DNA of 64,000 nucleotides from Callorhinchus milii (GCF_018977255.1 NW_024704742.1:23190001-23254000); one strand, 5' to 3'; positions 12,401-26,492 are shown, counted from the first letter of the stretch. Notes: a model not told the origin generated them from the letters alone. Numbers and translations: made by a program.

Positions 12401-14669
12401 AGGTCGATGGGGGGGCGGAGAGAGGATTTACAGAAGGAGATGACCAATAGAGAAGCTTCTCCCGCTAACCTGGGGGCAGCTTTACCTCTGGCGTAATTGA
12501 CAGCTTCTGGAATGAGAAAAATAAGAGATGTCCTCTAATGAAATGTACACAGAGTTCGTGGTATAACTTGTTTAATAGTGAAACTGAAATATCAGCAACT
12601 CAGAATTGGGAGGGTGGAGTTGGGGGGTGTAAACATACTTCTGCTCCCCTCCCCCCACCTCATCCCCTCACCACCAAAGTTTTCACAGAACCGTTAGCCC
12701 CCCCCACTGCCACCTCTCATCCCCCTCCTGGTTCTGCAGCCACTGTCTTCTCTGACAATACAGCAACACCCACCCCCACCCAGCACTGCACTATAGCGTG
12801 AAGGGTGCTATATAAGTCCCAAGTTGTTGCTGTTGAGTGTCATCCTGGATAGTGAGTTCAAAGTCTCTTGATGTACGGCTTGAACCCACAATCTTCTGAC
12901 TCACAGGTGTGAGAGCTACCATTTAAGATAGGCTTAGTTGGCATCTTGAGCAAGAAGATGGACAATTATGCGCATCAGACCAAAAAGGCTCACCATAGAA
13001 CCAAAGCTAGAATCTCTTCTTCTTTCACCCAACACTGGCTCCCTCACATGGCTTCTCATTGAGGGTTGGGTGTCTGGACTACACTGACGCTGGTACTTTT
13101 ATTGTTATTTTATAAAATCAGACTTTAGGTATCTGCTGGCTTTCAGTTTAAACATTTCTGGACAGCCTTCAAAAAGATTGAAATATCAGGATTGGATATC
13201 AGGCAATGTGGCAACTTTAGTCTTATTTCCACTCTGTAACATATTCATAGGATCACTAGAGGTTCGGGTGAAGAAGCACCTCCAACCCATTTGATCACAT
13301 CCTTCCAGAATAGCCACCCCATCGTAATGTGCTCCCATCACAGAATCAAGCTGTTATTTCAAAATTGAGTTCAGCATCCTGGCCTCAAACCACCCCTTCT
13401 GGTAACATGTTGCAGTCCATTACCCCCTGTGAAAAGAAACACTTCTGAGTGTCTGTCCTGAAATAACTGTAAAGCCTGTTGGTAGAGGTGATTAGGAGGT
13501 GCCTGTGTTAAATTTATCAATGTTATCGCTCGCAACTGAAAAAGAAATAGGATGGCTCTTTTATATCAGGTCTGGGTGTAAATATCTAATCTGCCCCCTT
13601 CCTTTCCCAAGCTTGTACATAGACTCACTCATCTGATTAGACGTTTCTGTCGCTGTTGAATGGACTTGTGAATATGCTAATCAAGTGCAAATAGTATTTA
13701 AATAAGCTGTGCAGCTGGATGATCCTTTGAAGGAAGGGCTGATGCAGTTTTTGTGAGCAGAATGCGTTCTGGCAAACCAGTTTCTCCTACCTTAAAGTCC
13801 ACACACAGCAAAAGAAAACATCAGTTTCTTAGCTGCCTAGATGAAGATCTTGATTATCTATTACGTATGATGCGTATTTTATAACACGTCCTCGGGGAAA
13901 GAGGTGCTCAAGAAGAATTTGTCAGTCTTTAGAAAAGTGTAATTTGATGTATGTATCGTCCGGGATATGTAGATACAGTATTAATGTGTCTGTTGCAAAA
14001 AAAGAGTGTATTCAACGGGTCCCAGTCCTTTCTCGATGTCCATTTGCACTGAATGGAGCAGCACTGTTTATCAGAGTACCATCCATGGCAAAGTAGGAGA
14101 CAAAAAAATGCAAACCTTGTCATGTGGCAACTTGTGGTCACAAAATGTATCCTTGCACACTACAGTACATAGCGTTTCACACTGGAATAATCCCTTCTCC
14201 AAATCCCTCTTTTCTATAATCTCCATTCGCCATATTCCATTATTTCCTATAATCCCCTTCACTCAAACTCATTGTCTCCTATAATCTCCCTTTCCAATCC
14301 CTTAATGAAGTAATAAAGAGAACGCTTTAATTTATTTTACTTCCAAGAGCTGTTCATTGCAGGTCACTGCTTGGTTGAGGGTTACAGGTCTTGGAAAAAA
14401 AGGTCAGACAAAACGGAGAGCAGAAGTGAAGGCATTATTCAAATTTGTACAGTAGAAACAAACTTCTTTAAAAATTGCTCACCAGGAGCAAAATTCATAT
14501 TTACCTTTCATATCTTGCATGTGTTCAGGTAGCCACAAACATCAGTGTTTTTTGTAATGATTCAGTGAGTTGTAAGGTACAGTAAGAAGAAGAATCTCTG
14601 GACCATTTAAAGTATATAGCAAACACCTCCCCCACCTCATATCTTCTCAGATCCTGATTCAGTCTTAAC

Positions 14670-14880
14670 AGATCACAAAAGTGGTTTGGATGAAGAAGGA
14701 CCTTCGGCCCACGTGATCTCATCTCTCCAGAACACCAACCCCAATGTCTCCGCATCACAGCATCAAGCTGTTTCTTAAATGAGTTCAATGTCTTGGCCTC
14801 AACCAACCTTCCCGGCAACCTTTACAATTAATAATTACCCTCTGGGTAAAGAAAAACTTCCTGGTATCTGTCCTGAAATC
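14670..14880 (-). mobile_element. CR1 LINE 3' end fragment
   Basis: Translation PGRLVEAKTLNSFKKQLDAVM is typical of the CR1 ORF2 C-terminus; related pieces at ~13240-13470, 44170-44560 and 46860-46960. Confidence 0.75.
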
Positions 14881-15373
14881 GCCTGTATCATCTTGTTCCA
14901 CAGATTAACTCCTCACCTGATCTCAGTTAGCCTACCAGTAAAATCCTTTTCACCCCCTTGAAAAAACGCCACTGCAACACTTATATTGTAGCTTTTTCTA
15001 TGGTAGTGGTTTGCGGTAAGAGCCTAATACCTTATTTTATTTTGAGAGCATGACTAGAGGCGATAGTGGTTGATTTTCATGGCTGGTGCATGGCACTCAT
15101 TGTACTCTTTGAGACATGTTTGCATGTCAATAACTATAGATTATTTGCTCCTTAGCAGTGTAGTCGAATGTTCACAACACACTGACGAGCAGTGATGCTC
15201 TACTCACTGCAACTTGGCATTGCGTCAGCTGTCTCCTCATATATACAGCAGCAATCTTTGCAAGAGTAGGTTTATAAATAATCAAATAAAAAGCAATTTT
15301 ATTCAAACTTAGCAGTATGCCTTGAGAATTTCCCCAGGGAGAATCTGTGTTCTTTCAGTCACAAGCATATTCT

Positions 15374-15830
15374 GTGTCAGCCTGGCTCAGTGGTAGCACT
15401 CTCGCCTTGGAGTCAAAAGGTTGTGGGTATGATCTCACATAGTCTAAGGTATTCCTGGGACTTCATCTCACATAGTCTAAGATACACTCCGATGCAGTAC
15501 TTGGGGTGTGTGGCATTGTCGGAAGTGTCGTCCTTCGGATGAGATGTTAAACTAAGGTTCCATCTGCCTGTTTATGTGGACGTCAAAGATCCCATGGGAC
15601 TTTTCGAAAAGAGAAGGAAGTTTCTTTGGGTGTCCTAGCCAACAGTCTTCCAAAATGAAATTAATTATTCACTTCAAGGCTGTTTGTGGGACATTGCTTT
15701 GTGCAATTTCCCTGCTGTTTTCGCCAACAAATGCATAGCCATTCCACCACAGTATGTCTTGTGAAGTGCTTTGGGACATCCTTCTGACGTGAAAGGCACT
15801 ATACCAAATGCAAAGATTATTATTATTATA
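15374..15830 (+). mobile_element. Longer Deu-type SINE
   Basis: gtgtcagcctggctcagtggtagcactctcgcc head, gtccttcggatgagatgttaaac core, shared tail; relatives at ~17775-18140, 27180-27535(-), 35420-35830, 47320-47700, 53985-54360 and 55376-55710. Confidence 0.85.
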
Positions 15831-16752
15831 TTCGAATACAAGTCTTCATCACACTCTGCTTATTGTTACATTGTGACTGACAGTAAAGCAGCTTCCTGGT
15901 GTCAGGGAAGCTACAGGGCAACGTCTGAGAATGGGAGATGGAAAGGAGTGGTGTCAATCTTGCCATTGTCAATGGCTTTTACACTTTCATTTACTATGGG
16001 GTGAAATTTGCAGCCTTTCATAAATGCATTTGATGTGAAAATTAATGCGTCGAAGCACTGCAAATTTCATCCCTGCATATACAAGCCACAACTTCAGCTC
16101 TTGCAGAGCTTTCACTCCCCGCAAGAATGAAGCAAGTTAATTAGAAAATAAGCTTTCCACTCAAAAGCCATCAATCCTAGATTATAGTAAAGGGAGACTG
16201 TACTCTCCAAGTGGGCTGTAATGCTAGCAAAAAAATGTAATTGCACACAGACAGTCACTACATTTTACAGTAAAATCCTATGAAGTGTTTTGAGGTGTCT
16301 TCCTAACATGAAAGGTGCTATATCAAATGTAAAGATATTATTCTGTACGTTCAATGTAACCAGGCTTGTGATTTTACTTGAAGAGCGTGATCTTACCTGG
16401 TGATGTACATGGTGTTGGCTTCAAGCACTCTGCTTCAACCCAGAGTCAGCCAGAGTATAACCACTCTGCTTCTCCTGTCAATAAGATGTAGCCACAATAG
16501 ACCAGCTTATTCTGTTTAGCCAAAGTATAAAGTCAGGAACCCGGGAACAAAGTCACTCGTAGTCTATGTTGAACAGCTCATTTAATTATTGAGGCAAAAA
16601 GATATAGAGTTTCGCATTAATTCAATAAACAGCATTACAGTAAGCAAGGTTACAATAGGCAATATTGTGTATAGCAAGAGAAGTCTTGTGTGTTATGCTG
16701 AGGTGCTGTCACAAGTCATCCGATGAAATGTATTCTTAGGAATACAATCTAT

Positions 16753-17069
16753 GGAGTCCTGTAGCTCAGTGGTTAGAGCACTTGCCTTCCAAGCGAGTGA
16801 TCTGGGTTTGATTCCCGGCAGCGTGAAACCTTGGGTAAGTTTCCTTACTCCACACGCCTGATAATAATCCCTCAAGAAAAAAAACACAATAAGAATTTGG
16901 TCACTCAATCCATGACTGTTTTTGGGACACTGCTGTGTGCAATTGGCTGCAGTGTTTCGCCCACAAATATACAGTCAATTCACTTTATAGTATATTCTGT
17001 GAAACGCTTTGAGACATCTCAAAGACGTGAAAAGCGCTATATCAAAGCAAGGATTTTTTTTATCATTAT
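16753..17069 (+). mobile_element. Full-length tRNA-derived SINE
   Basis: Same family as 9136-9443; explains the start of the 223-aa ORF at 16831. Confidence 0.92.
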
Positions 17070-18242
17070 ACCAACAGTAACATGCGACTGGCTGTCCAGT
17101 CTGCTGGATCTGAGAGATCTGGACTTCAAAGACCATCCAGTTTCATCCCTATTGCAGAAACAATCTCTATATGTCACAAATGTCCTCTTCATTCAAAGAA
17201 ACATTTTGCATTTGAAGGCTTCAGAAAAAACAGATATTCGGGCCCACATTTGTTACTGTATGTTATGTTATAGAAAGGAAAATGTCACTTGCAGCAACCA
17301 TCAAGTGTACAGCAATAGTCTCAGGAGCTTCCTGACATTTCACATGAAAAATATCCTCAACTTTACAGTCATGGTGCAGAATCAGTCCTCCCTAGCCAGA
17401 CATTCTTTTATTGAAAGGTTGTTAATGGATCCTGTGTCCTTTATTATTGATGCACACGGGCAGCTTCACCTACAGGCAAGTAACACCTACATAATGAGAT
17501 AAACAAAGTACCTGTTGCAATTTAATCAGGCAAAGCAAAACATCAGAACTACTAGGTCTTTCACCTTCTGCCAATGCATTTAAGTGTCAGTCTTGACTGG
17601 GACACTCACTTCACTAGGACTCACCCTTCCGCTTCACTGTTAAGGTTCCCTCTTGAGCTAGGCACTGGCACTATACTGCAATAGTAAGTAAAAGAGCCAA
17701 ACTCTTTCAGGATAAAGGAGAATTGGAGAGAATATCAAATCACACAATTAAATTACTATGGCTGTGTTATTTTATGTCAGTCTGGCTCAGTTGGCAGCGC
17801 TCTCGCCTCTGAGTCAAAAGGTTATGGGTACAAAACCCATGTCACAACTTTGACTTCACAATCTAGGCAGACAGTCCAGTGCTAGAGTTGTGCTGCATTG
17901 TCAAAGGTGCTGTCCTTCGGATGAGATGTTGAATCGAGACTTTAAACGTAGCACTATTCAAAAAGAGAAGGGAGCGTCTCCTGGTGTCCTGGTCAACAAT
18001 CCGCCCCCATCCCCTCCAAAATGGTTATTTACTTGATGATTGTTTGTGGGATATTGCTGTGCGCAAATTAGCTGAGCTGAGTTTGCCTACCAATACAAAG
18101 TCACTATCCTCGATAGTAAATCCTGTGAGATACTTTGAGACAATATGATAAATTGTAATATTCAATGCATTGATCGTCATTTTAATAAATATTGTGAATG
18201 TCGGTGCAGCAACCAGTTAGTAAAGATTGCCTTCTCTTTCAG

Positions 18243-18345
18243 ATCATCTGTCTGCAGGACTTTTTTGGGGACGATGATGTCTTTGTTGCTTGCGGCCCAG
18301 AGAAATATCGCTATGCCCAGGATGACTTTGTGCTGGACAACAATG
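18243..18345 (+). CDS. DCLK2: DCLK2 exon, C-terminal part of second DCX domain
   Basis: tctctttcag|ATC...AATG|gtgag; 103 nt; [43 protein letters not shown] is DCLK2-type. Confidence 0.96.
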
Positions 18346-20436
18346 GTGAGGCTCTGTGGCTCATTTTGCAGCAGCATCTGATAGCTGCTCTCTTGTACAA
18401 AGAAACCACTAACAAAAGCGAGGACATTTTCCATTTGGTTGCATTTGAAGGGTCATTAATTGTCTTTCTAACTGTAATGAAATTGCTTGGTTTAAGCCCT
18501 GCTAAGCTCCAGGAATGATTTTGTAGAAAATTTCTAATTGACTCTCATCGTATTATCTTTATTGACCCAAATGATATTGTAACTCTATTTTATAACGCAT
18601 GGAATTGAAATCATTTGTGTCTCTCCCGGATAGACACAATTGCCACTGTTTGAATAGTTTATTTAGATTGGATTTGCAGACCTTGCGGTATTTATTAAAA
18701 ATATTTTTAAAAAAGCCCCATCACTTAAATAGCCAGTGTAGCTAGCACCAGTAATTAGAGAAAGGCTGTTCAATGATGATCTTAAAAGGGATTAGTGGAA
18801 GGGAGAATTATGAAGAGCTCTTTGTGACAGTCACAGGTCAATGGCCTAATATTACAAGTGTTTATTTTTATCATCAAGTCAGAGTTGTTATGCCCTGTAG
18901 CTATGCAAATTTCGATATCTTTTATTTTAAATTATTCCCCACTTTACGCAGTGTCTGCTTGGGCTTCTGGGAATAAAGAGAAGCCGGCAGACGTTGGGAA
19001 ATTAAATTTAAAACAGAAAATCCACAGCAGGTCAATCAGCATCTGAAAGAGAGAGATGGGCTTCCAATGATCTGTTTGATAACTCTTTCAGTTCAAACAA
19101 TGCCTGTGGTGTGGATGTGTACCCACTGCATTATTCAGTATAAACAATGTGGTGCTGACTGTTCATATTAGACTAATGCTGGGTCTCCTGCTGCCGCAGA
19201 TGATGGTTTTTCCATGCGATGCATCAACTGAGTGTCAAAGAGGTTGCATTAAATGGCTGACTTCTCTTCTGAAGGGAGCAAAAGCCAGGCATGCAGGACT
19301 CATCATTGCTGCAGTTCAAATGCTCTGAGACACTTTGGTTGAATTGTTTTAATGCTGTCCAGCGACGCATGATAAAGTGCAACAGTGAAGATCTTCCAAT
19401 GAGGAATTTGTTCTGGCAAAGGCTGGGTACAAACCAATAATATTTAATAGATTAATTCAATAAGCTCATTTTTCCTTAGCTGATCTAGTCATATATCAGA
19501 TCTAATTATTCCTACCACGAACATCAGTGATCTGTAACGACAGGCTTGCGATTCTGTTTTCCCAGCATTATAATGTGATGCTTTAAATAAAACATTGTGC
19601 TATTGTAATCATCAGCAGTCTACCTGGAGGAATTCCACCAGGTTTCAATCAGCTTATGCAATATAATACAATTTACATTTACATAGCACCTTTCACGTCA
19701 GGAGGACAGGCAGGGGAAACATGACTGAAAGCACTCAGAGGTACATCTTGAGATGGACTGTGAACAAGGGGAGGGAGGGAGTCAAAGGGAATCCAGGATA
19801 GAGTTCCAGTAAGCAGTATCAGAATGGCTAAAAGTGCACCCCCAATGGTGAGGTGGATGGGTCATGAAGCAGACCAGTGTTTACTGAGCAAAGGGAGTAA
19901 TCAGATTGGTAGGTTGAAGATGATCAAGGAAGTTTGATGGGGAAGAATCGTAGAGGAATTTGAATGTGAGTACAAGGGTGTTGAATTTTAAATGAAGCTT
20001 CAAAATTAAGACAGAATTTAAGAATCTGCCAAAATGTTGCATGTTCTGAAATGCTAGGAAAATAACATCCAGGTATTATAGTATTTTATTGACATAACAA
20101 TAAAATACTATAACATGTTTAGACCTGAATGGAATTCTCAATTTAAAAAAATAATCTTGTGCGAAAATAAAATTAATCCTGGTTTGAAGGTTATGGGATT
20201 AAGCCTCACATCATCACTTTGAGCTTCTAGTGTAGACTGAGACTTCACTGGGGGAGATCAATTGGTCATTCACTTCATGGCTGTTTATGTGTGCAAAATG
20301 GTCGACCAAGTGGTCTACAAGTACACAGTCACTACACTTGATAGCAATTGCCTGTGAGATGTCTTGACGTTCTAGGTGGAATATCAACTGGAAGGATTAT
20401 TATGAACATTATTAGGATTATTCTTTGTGGTTTCAG

Positions 20437-20541
20437 AGTGCCGTGTGATGAAATCATCCTACACGCGTTCTGCTTCTACATCACGGAATTCAGGATCAAA
20501 GAGCCCTGGGCTTTCACGGCGAAGCAAGTCTCCTGCATCAG
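20437..20541 (+). CDS. DCLK2: DCLK2 exon, Ser/Pro/Arg-rich linker
   Basis: tttcag|AGTGC...TCAG|gtacag; 105 nt, phase 1-1; ECRVMKSSYTRSASTSRNSGSKSPGLSRRSKSPAS. Confidence 0.95.
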
Positions 20542-21587
20542 GTACAGATTGCCAAATAGAGGCTAAAGAAACACACACCAGAAAAGTGAAGGGCCCCTTT
20601 TAACCAACTGTAAATACTCTGTGTGTATGTGAACAAGCCTGCAGGGAGAGACATGCCCCTCTGTGTCTGTGCTAACACTGTTCTCTTCCTCATGTATTAC
20701 TCTGACTTTTCTTTGTGTCTCAGAATTTATTCCTGACTCTTCACCTCCTGTTCACGTTATTGTTTCAAATACTTCTGAAAGTTTTTCCAAGCATCTATTC
20801 AGATTTTATCAGTCGGACAACTTGTTTTCGCACCTTAGCGTCACATAAACGATTCAGGGTCAGTAATACATCTTATTTCTCTAGTTTGAGAAAAGGTGTT
20901 TCTGTCAAAGGTGTTTTGCCTTTGAGACCATTGTAGCTCACACATTAATGGACTGGCTGCATCCCTCACACAAGTGAGATACATCCAGCATTCGCTTTGC
21001 CAGTACACTACAATATATTCTTCCATTCTGCACTTCCGCCCACAAAATATACAGTCAATTCACTTTACAGTCAATTTGCCTTTACAGGCGCTATGTCAAA
21101 TGCAGGGATTACTATTATTATTCATAGAAAAATGTCACTGATGTATGTAAAGAGCCATTCCTGTAGGTCTTTGAACAGAAACCAAAGCTTGATTTTGTGC
21201 TGTACCCACACACACACAGACACACACACAGACTGACTATCATGAAGTATTTTGTTTCATGCCTGTTTCTCCAAATGACTTGGCTCCACTTCAGAAAATA
21301 GTGGCATCCAAAACCACAAATATTCTGAGCTAAGACATGAGTTGCCCTCTGTGTGAATATATATCTGTGAATTATCGATGTATTTATTTTCCTTACAGTA
21401 TAGTCTCCTTGTGGCTCAGTTAAATGTTGTCTCTTACTGTTACTACAGTTGTTTGTGTTTAACTGTAACCACTGTTGTAACCCTTCCTTACGTTTGGACT
21501 TGATATTCTGTTCTATTTGCGACTGTGTGGTAACATCTCTCCTTAATGTTTTCTCCTTCTACTTGTGTGTTAACTGAATGAGTGCAG

Positions 21588-21638
21588 TTAAAAGAGGAGG
21601 TTACTATTCCACAGCTTATTCTCCAGTCAAATCTCCAG
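21588..21638 (+). CDS. DCLK2: DCLK2 51-nt in-frame cassette exon
   Basis: gagtgcag|TTAAAAGA...TCCAG|gtgag; phase 1-1; VKRGGYYSTAYSPVKSP, resembling the 17-aa insert I recall in a mammalian DCLK2 isoform. Confidence 0.85.
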
Positions 21639-23621
21639 GTGAGCCCCACTTTTCATACAATCCCATCTGACACTTGGTTGAGGATGATCAGGCGAGTCCT
21701 TGTGAACTAATACCATTTGCAAACAGGGCCCAAATTTCCCCTTGGTGCATCAGCTAGTGTGTGGCTCACCAGGTGTGGGGAGGGTGGTTGGGCTCTCAAT
21801 ATCAGACATTCAGTTTTTCTTCCCCTGCTATCATTGTGCATAAGCCCCAGTGTAATATTCTTAGTAGTTCATATTTCTACAAAATACAGTTACTTCACGT
21901 TAGAGAAATAGCTTTCTGATGGTTGCCTGAAATGAAAGGCGCTATATAAAACGTAATGAGTATTATTATAAATTACTTTTATACCTGGAAAGCAATTTGC
22001 AGTATGAAATATCTATTGAAATATCTACCTACATAACTGGTGAAATATCTACATACATAGTTCAAAAGCAGCCAATTGCAAATTGCATATTGGTAACGTG
22101 TAGACAGTCACTACACTTCACAGTAAATCTTGTGATGTTCCTTGAGACATTTTGGCAATGTGATAAGGCAAATCAAATGTAAGATTTGTTATTTTTAGAA
22201 TTTACAAGAAGTGAAAATTGTAACTTGTGATATATATAAACCACTACACAGTTGAAAAATGCAGGCGGCAGATGTCGAAGATGAGTGAAATTATAAGGGG
22301 GATAGGGAGGAGGTGTCTGAAGGAGCAGGCAAACAAATAGGTTTTTAGGTGGTTTTGAAAGCAGAGGGAGGGAACGAGGTGGAAGGATTTGGCTCCAATG
22401 CTGCAAGGAAGGTTAAGCCTCCACTGAGATTGGGGGAATCTTTCACCAGAGGCACCGGAGGGTAGTGCACAGTGGGGTCTGATTCCCTAACAAAGCACTT
22501 AATGCTAATCAATCAGCTTCAGTGTGATTAAAAACCTGAATAAATATGTAGTCAGGAAATGTTACAGGACGAGGTGTAACAGGAATATCCATGGCCTGAG
22601 ATGGACACATAATCAATGCAGTCTGTGCTATTGGGACAAGTGTAAGGTGGGCCCGTCAGGATTGATGATGAGATATTATAGGGGACTTTTTTTTTAAAAG
22701 GAGATCATGAGGGTAAATGAAAGTTTATTGTGGGTTATGAGGACTGTTCAAGAATTAGACTCTTGGCCCTCCCCTCACTCCAAGCTTTCAAATTTCCGCA
22801 TTGCATTGCTCCTACGGATTGGCATTGGTTCTCTAATCACCAACAAGCTTCCAGATCGTACAGAGGGATCTAAAATGTGGGGTTCGTAAAGGACTGGTAA
22901 ATAACCAACACTGCTGGTAACTGGATGTGCATCAGTGTCGACCTGCAGGAATGCTGCCACGACACACCTTTCCTGTCTTATAGCCGAAGCCAAACCCACG
23001 CCTCACCCGTTTCCTCATGGCTTAACTCAGGATACTTTGTTCTTGCAGTCCCAGTAGTGGCATCAAAACCTATATAAGCTCTCAAGCAATTCCCCCATCA
23101 TAGATGTCTGACCAACTGATGATCTATAATTCCCAGCTTCGTGTCTCGCTAACGGATTAAATAACAGGATAGAACATGCTGTCGCTCAACCTTCTGCTGT
23201 CGAGTTCTAAAACATATTATCCAGAGACTCTCCTATTTCCTATCGCATATTCTTGAAGATCCAACAGTGCACGTTGATGTTTTTCACAGCACATGCTCTA
23301 ATGATAGCTTCTTGTGTTAAAGTAATTCCCAAGCCCAAACGACTGGATCTGGAATTTGACCGCAGTTGTCAAACTGATGCAAAAAAAATCTGTTTAAAAC
23401 ATCTGCCATCTCTTAAGAAACAGACTGATTTCACTACAGCAGAGAAATGTGAGAGGAGACTCAAAGGAGGTCCTCAAAATCATGAGTCGTTTTGGTAAGG
23501 TAAATAAGGAGAAACTAGTTCCATTGATTAATGAGGATACAAATTTAAAATCATTGACAAATAAACCGAGGGAAATGTTAGGTGAGCGTTTTCTTTTGGC
23601 ACACAGTGGTTTATTTATTGT

Positions 23622-23974
23622 GAAGTCCTGTAGTGTATTCGGTAGAGCACTAGCCTCACACGCGAGAGAACTTGGGTTCGATTCCCGGGTAGAGCAAAAC
23701 CTTAGGAAAGTTTCTTTATTCCTCTGTTTACCTTGAAGTAAGTAGGAACCAATTGTCGATTGGTGGATTGCTTTCTGGAGGTTATAATCCTTTAAAAATA
23801 ATAATAATTTAGTCACTCAATGCACGATTTTTGGAGGACACTGACTGCCAATTGGCTGCCGCTTTCGCCCACAAAATGTACAGTCAATTCACTTTACCGC
23901 TTATTCTGTGAAGCTCTTTGAGACATCTCAATGACGGGATAAGGTGCTGTATCAAATGCAAGGATTATTATTAT
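23622..23974 (+). mobile_element. tRNA-derived SINE (longer variant) nested in a CR1 3' fragment (~23445-24060)
   Basis: tRNA-like head with gggttcgattccc B box, extra segment gtttacc..agtaggaacc..gtggattgcttt, (TTA)n tail; CR1-like flanks. Confidence 0.82.
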
Positions 23975-25334
23975 GTTTTTAGGACATGGAATAGCTCTTT
24001 CATAGTGCTGGTGTAGGCACGATAGGCAGAATGACCTTCTTTACTGTAAAATTCTATGGTTTATTGATCTTTTTGAGCTCTCACAGGACCCCCAAGTGCG
24101 GGACTTTATCCTCAATGCAATTCAAACTACACTCTTACCATGCAATGACACATTAATCTTCTAGAAACGCATCATTGTGTTGTCGGAAAACATCATTAAT
24201 CATTTGGCTTATTTCCTCTGGAAAGTCTCTCAGTTCCCTGAAAATTCTCCTTTAATCAGAGAGTGAGTTTGAACCCTGAGCCCTCTAGAGCTTTCTGACT
24301 CTGGACATTTGGTTCTTATGAGAGATAATAATTCCTGCAAAGTTAAAATGCTAAATAATAAAGTGTGGGATTACACATCCATGCTAGCACTCTGTACCAA
24401 ACCATGGTACAATGAATTGATTGAAGGAGATTATACGGGTTCTAACATGCATAGATCGCTAACAATAATGCAGGGCTTTCTCTGCTGGATATTTTCACTC
24501 AGCTGCCTTCTTGCCTCCACAACCTAGGAAACATTGGTACAAGAGTATTGTACCTGCTGTTTCATACAGTAATTTAAAATTTAAAGGTTTCTCCAGTGCT
24601 GTGAAGGCCTTTTAAAGGAAGAGGTTTTCATGGCCAGCATCTATGTTTCTTGGGATTAGATGGCCTGATTCAGACGGCCAGCCTGTGAAGTATTTTTTGT
24701 CACCAGACACCAACTGAAAGATTGGCACACCCAAATGCACACCGACATAATCCATGTACAGTAGTATTCAGTTGGTCTTAGCAAAAGCGTAATGGAGCCA
24801 GGTTCTCCAGTCATTCTGTTTTTTTTTTGTTCAGCTGGGTATCTGACACATGTGCAGACCCATTACTATGCTTAAGAGTATCCAAACCAAACTGAGAATT
24901 TTAAGCATCCCACCTACACATGGAAACTCCAGTGTTTGGAGTGGAATGTGTTCTCCTTCCCCGGATGGACGCATGCTGCTTACCCAGTACTAGAAAACAT
25001 TAGCCGCAAATTGGCAAGAGCCAATGCTCATACCAGAGTGGATGTTGGGGTACTGCTGTAGAATAACCAGCCAAAACCATGTAGCTTGCCATTGAAAGCA
25101 CTGCCTGGCAAGCTTTCCCGCTGCTTGTCCAGCTAGGACCACTCTATAGGCAAGAGTTTTGACTTGCAGGGTTAACAGAAGCTGCATGAGAAGCATCTAA
25201 AAGTCAATCTGTTTACTGAAATAGGTTGCCAGGCCAAAGATTGGGGCCAGGGCACTGGATTCATTTAAAAAGCTATTATGGAAAGACGGTAGGGTAGGTA
25301 TTATGGAAGAATGAGCTGTCCTTTCTTCCTTTCT

Positions 25335-26043
25335 TTCACAACTGGCACCGCCTTCCATCACCTCTGAAACATCGCCAGACTACGGCACTACCTCACCCCT
25401 CACGCTGCTGAAACTCTGGTCCACGCCCTTATCACCTCAAGGCTGGACTATGGGAACTCTCTCCTCGCCGGCCTTCCCGGCACCTCCCTCCACAAGCTGC
25501 AGGTCATTCATAACTCTGCAGCTCGTGTACTGTCCCGCACCAGGCTTCGCGACCACATCACTCCCACCCTCGCTCGCCTCCACTGGCTTCCCATCCCCCA
25601 GAGGATCGAATTCAAGATCCTCATCCTCACCTACAAGGCCATTCACGGCCTTGCTCCCTCCTACCTCTCCGACCTACTATCCCCCTACCTACCTGCCCGT
25701 ACCCTCCGTTCCTCTGGCTCCGGTCTGCTCCACATCCCCCACCCCAACCGCCCTACCATCGGTGGCCGGGCCTTCAGCCTCTCAGCCCCTAGGCTCTGGA
25801 ACTCCATTCCCCAGTGCCTTTGCCTTGCTTTCTCCCTTTCCTCCTTCAAGGCCGGTCTCAAGACCTTTCTCTTTGACCGTGCCTTCAGCTCCCCTCTCGA
25901 CTCTTTACCCCCTCCTCGCTCCCTCCCTTCCCTCCCCTCACCCTGACCATGTCCCCCCTGCTCGGGTCCTGACCCAACTGTCCAGCGCCTTGGGACATCC
26001 TCCGGACGTGAAAGGCGCTCTATAAATGAAATCTTGTTGTTGT
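25335..26043 (+). mobile_element. L2 LINE 3' end, well preserved
   Basis: ORF2 C-terminal region, 3' stem-loop and (TTG)n tail. Confidence 0.92.
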
Positions 26044-26492
26044 TAAATGCGATCTGGTGGGCTGAAAGGCCTTCATTGAAACCAATCTTATGATCTTGTG
26101 ACTAAGCTCTAGCAATCCTAGTCACATTCTGTTGGACCACATTCATCAACAATATGATAACTATCACTAGCGACAGTTAACACATCAGACACTGCAATTT
26201 CCTCCCCGCAGTGTTGCTTTCAGTTTATAGACTTCAAATTAAATCTGGTTAGAGATATTGTGAAATCTGTGAGGAGGGGATGGTTGGGGGAAGAAAATTG
26301 GGGCATAGTGCGAAACTGATTGAATTGTGAGTTTCCGATTAGGAATAAGCATATGGTGGTTAATGGAATCTGGGAATGTGAAGTCACCAATTTGCAAATG
26401 GTATCAGCTTCATCAGTAAATGTCCTGATGTTGTGTGCTTGAAGGTGTTTTTATACACATCACTGTTAAACTAACATGTTTCCTGTGTGCAG

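Noticed and set aside
16831..17502. 223-aa ORF
   Set aside because: Non-ATG start inside a SINE and no recognisable domain
25450..26025. Pro/Ser-rich 191-aa ORF (similar at 3043-3468)
   Set aside because: Off-frame translation of a C-rich L2 3' end
26435..26492. ORF start MLE.. resembling the DCLK1 short-isoform N-terminus
   Set aside because: The start is GTG in intron sequence running through the acceptor; coincidental
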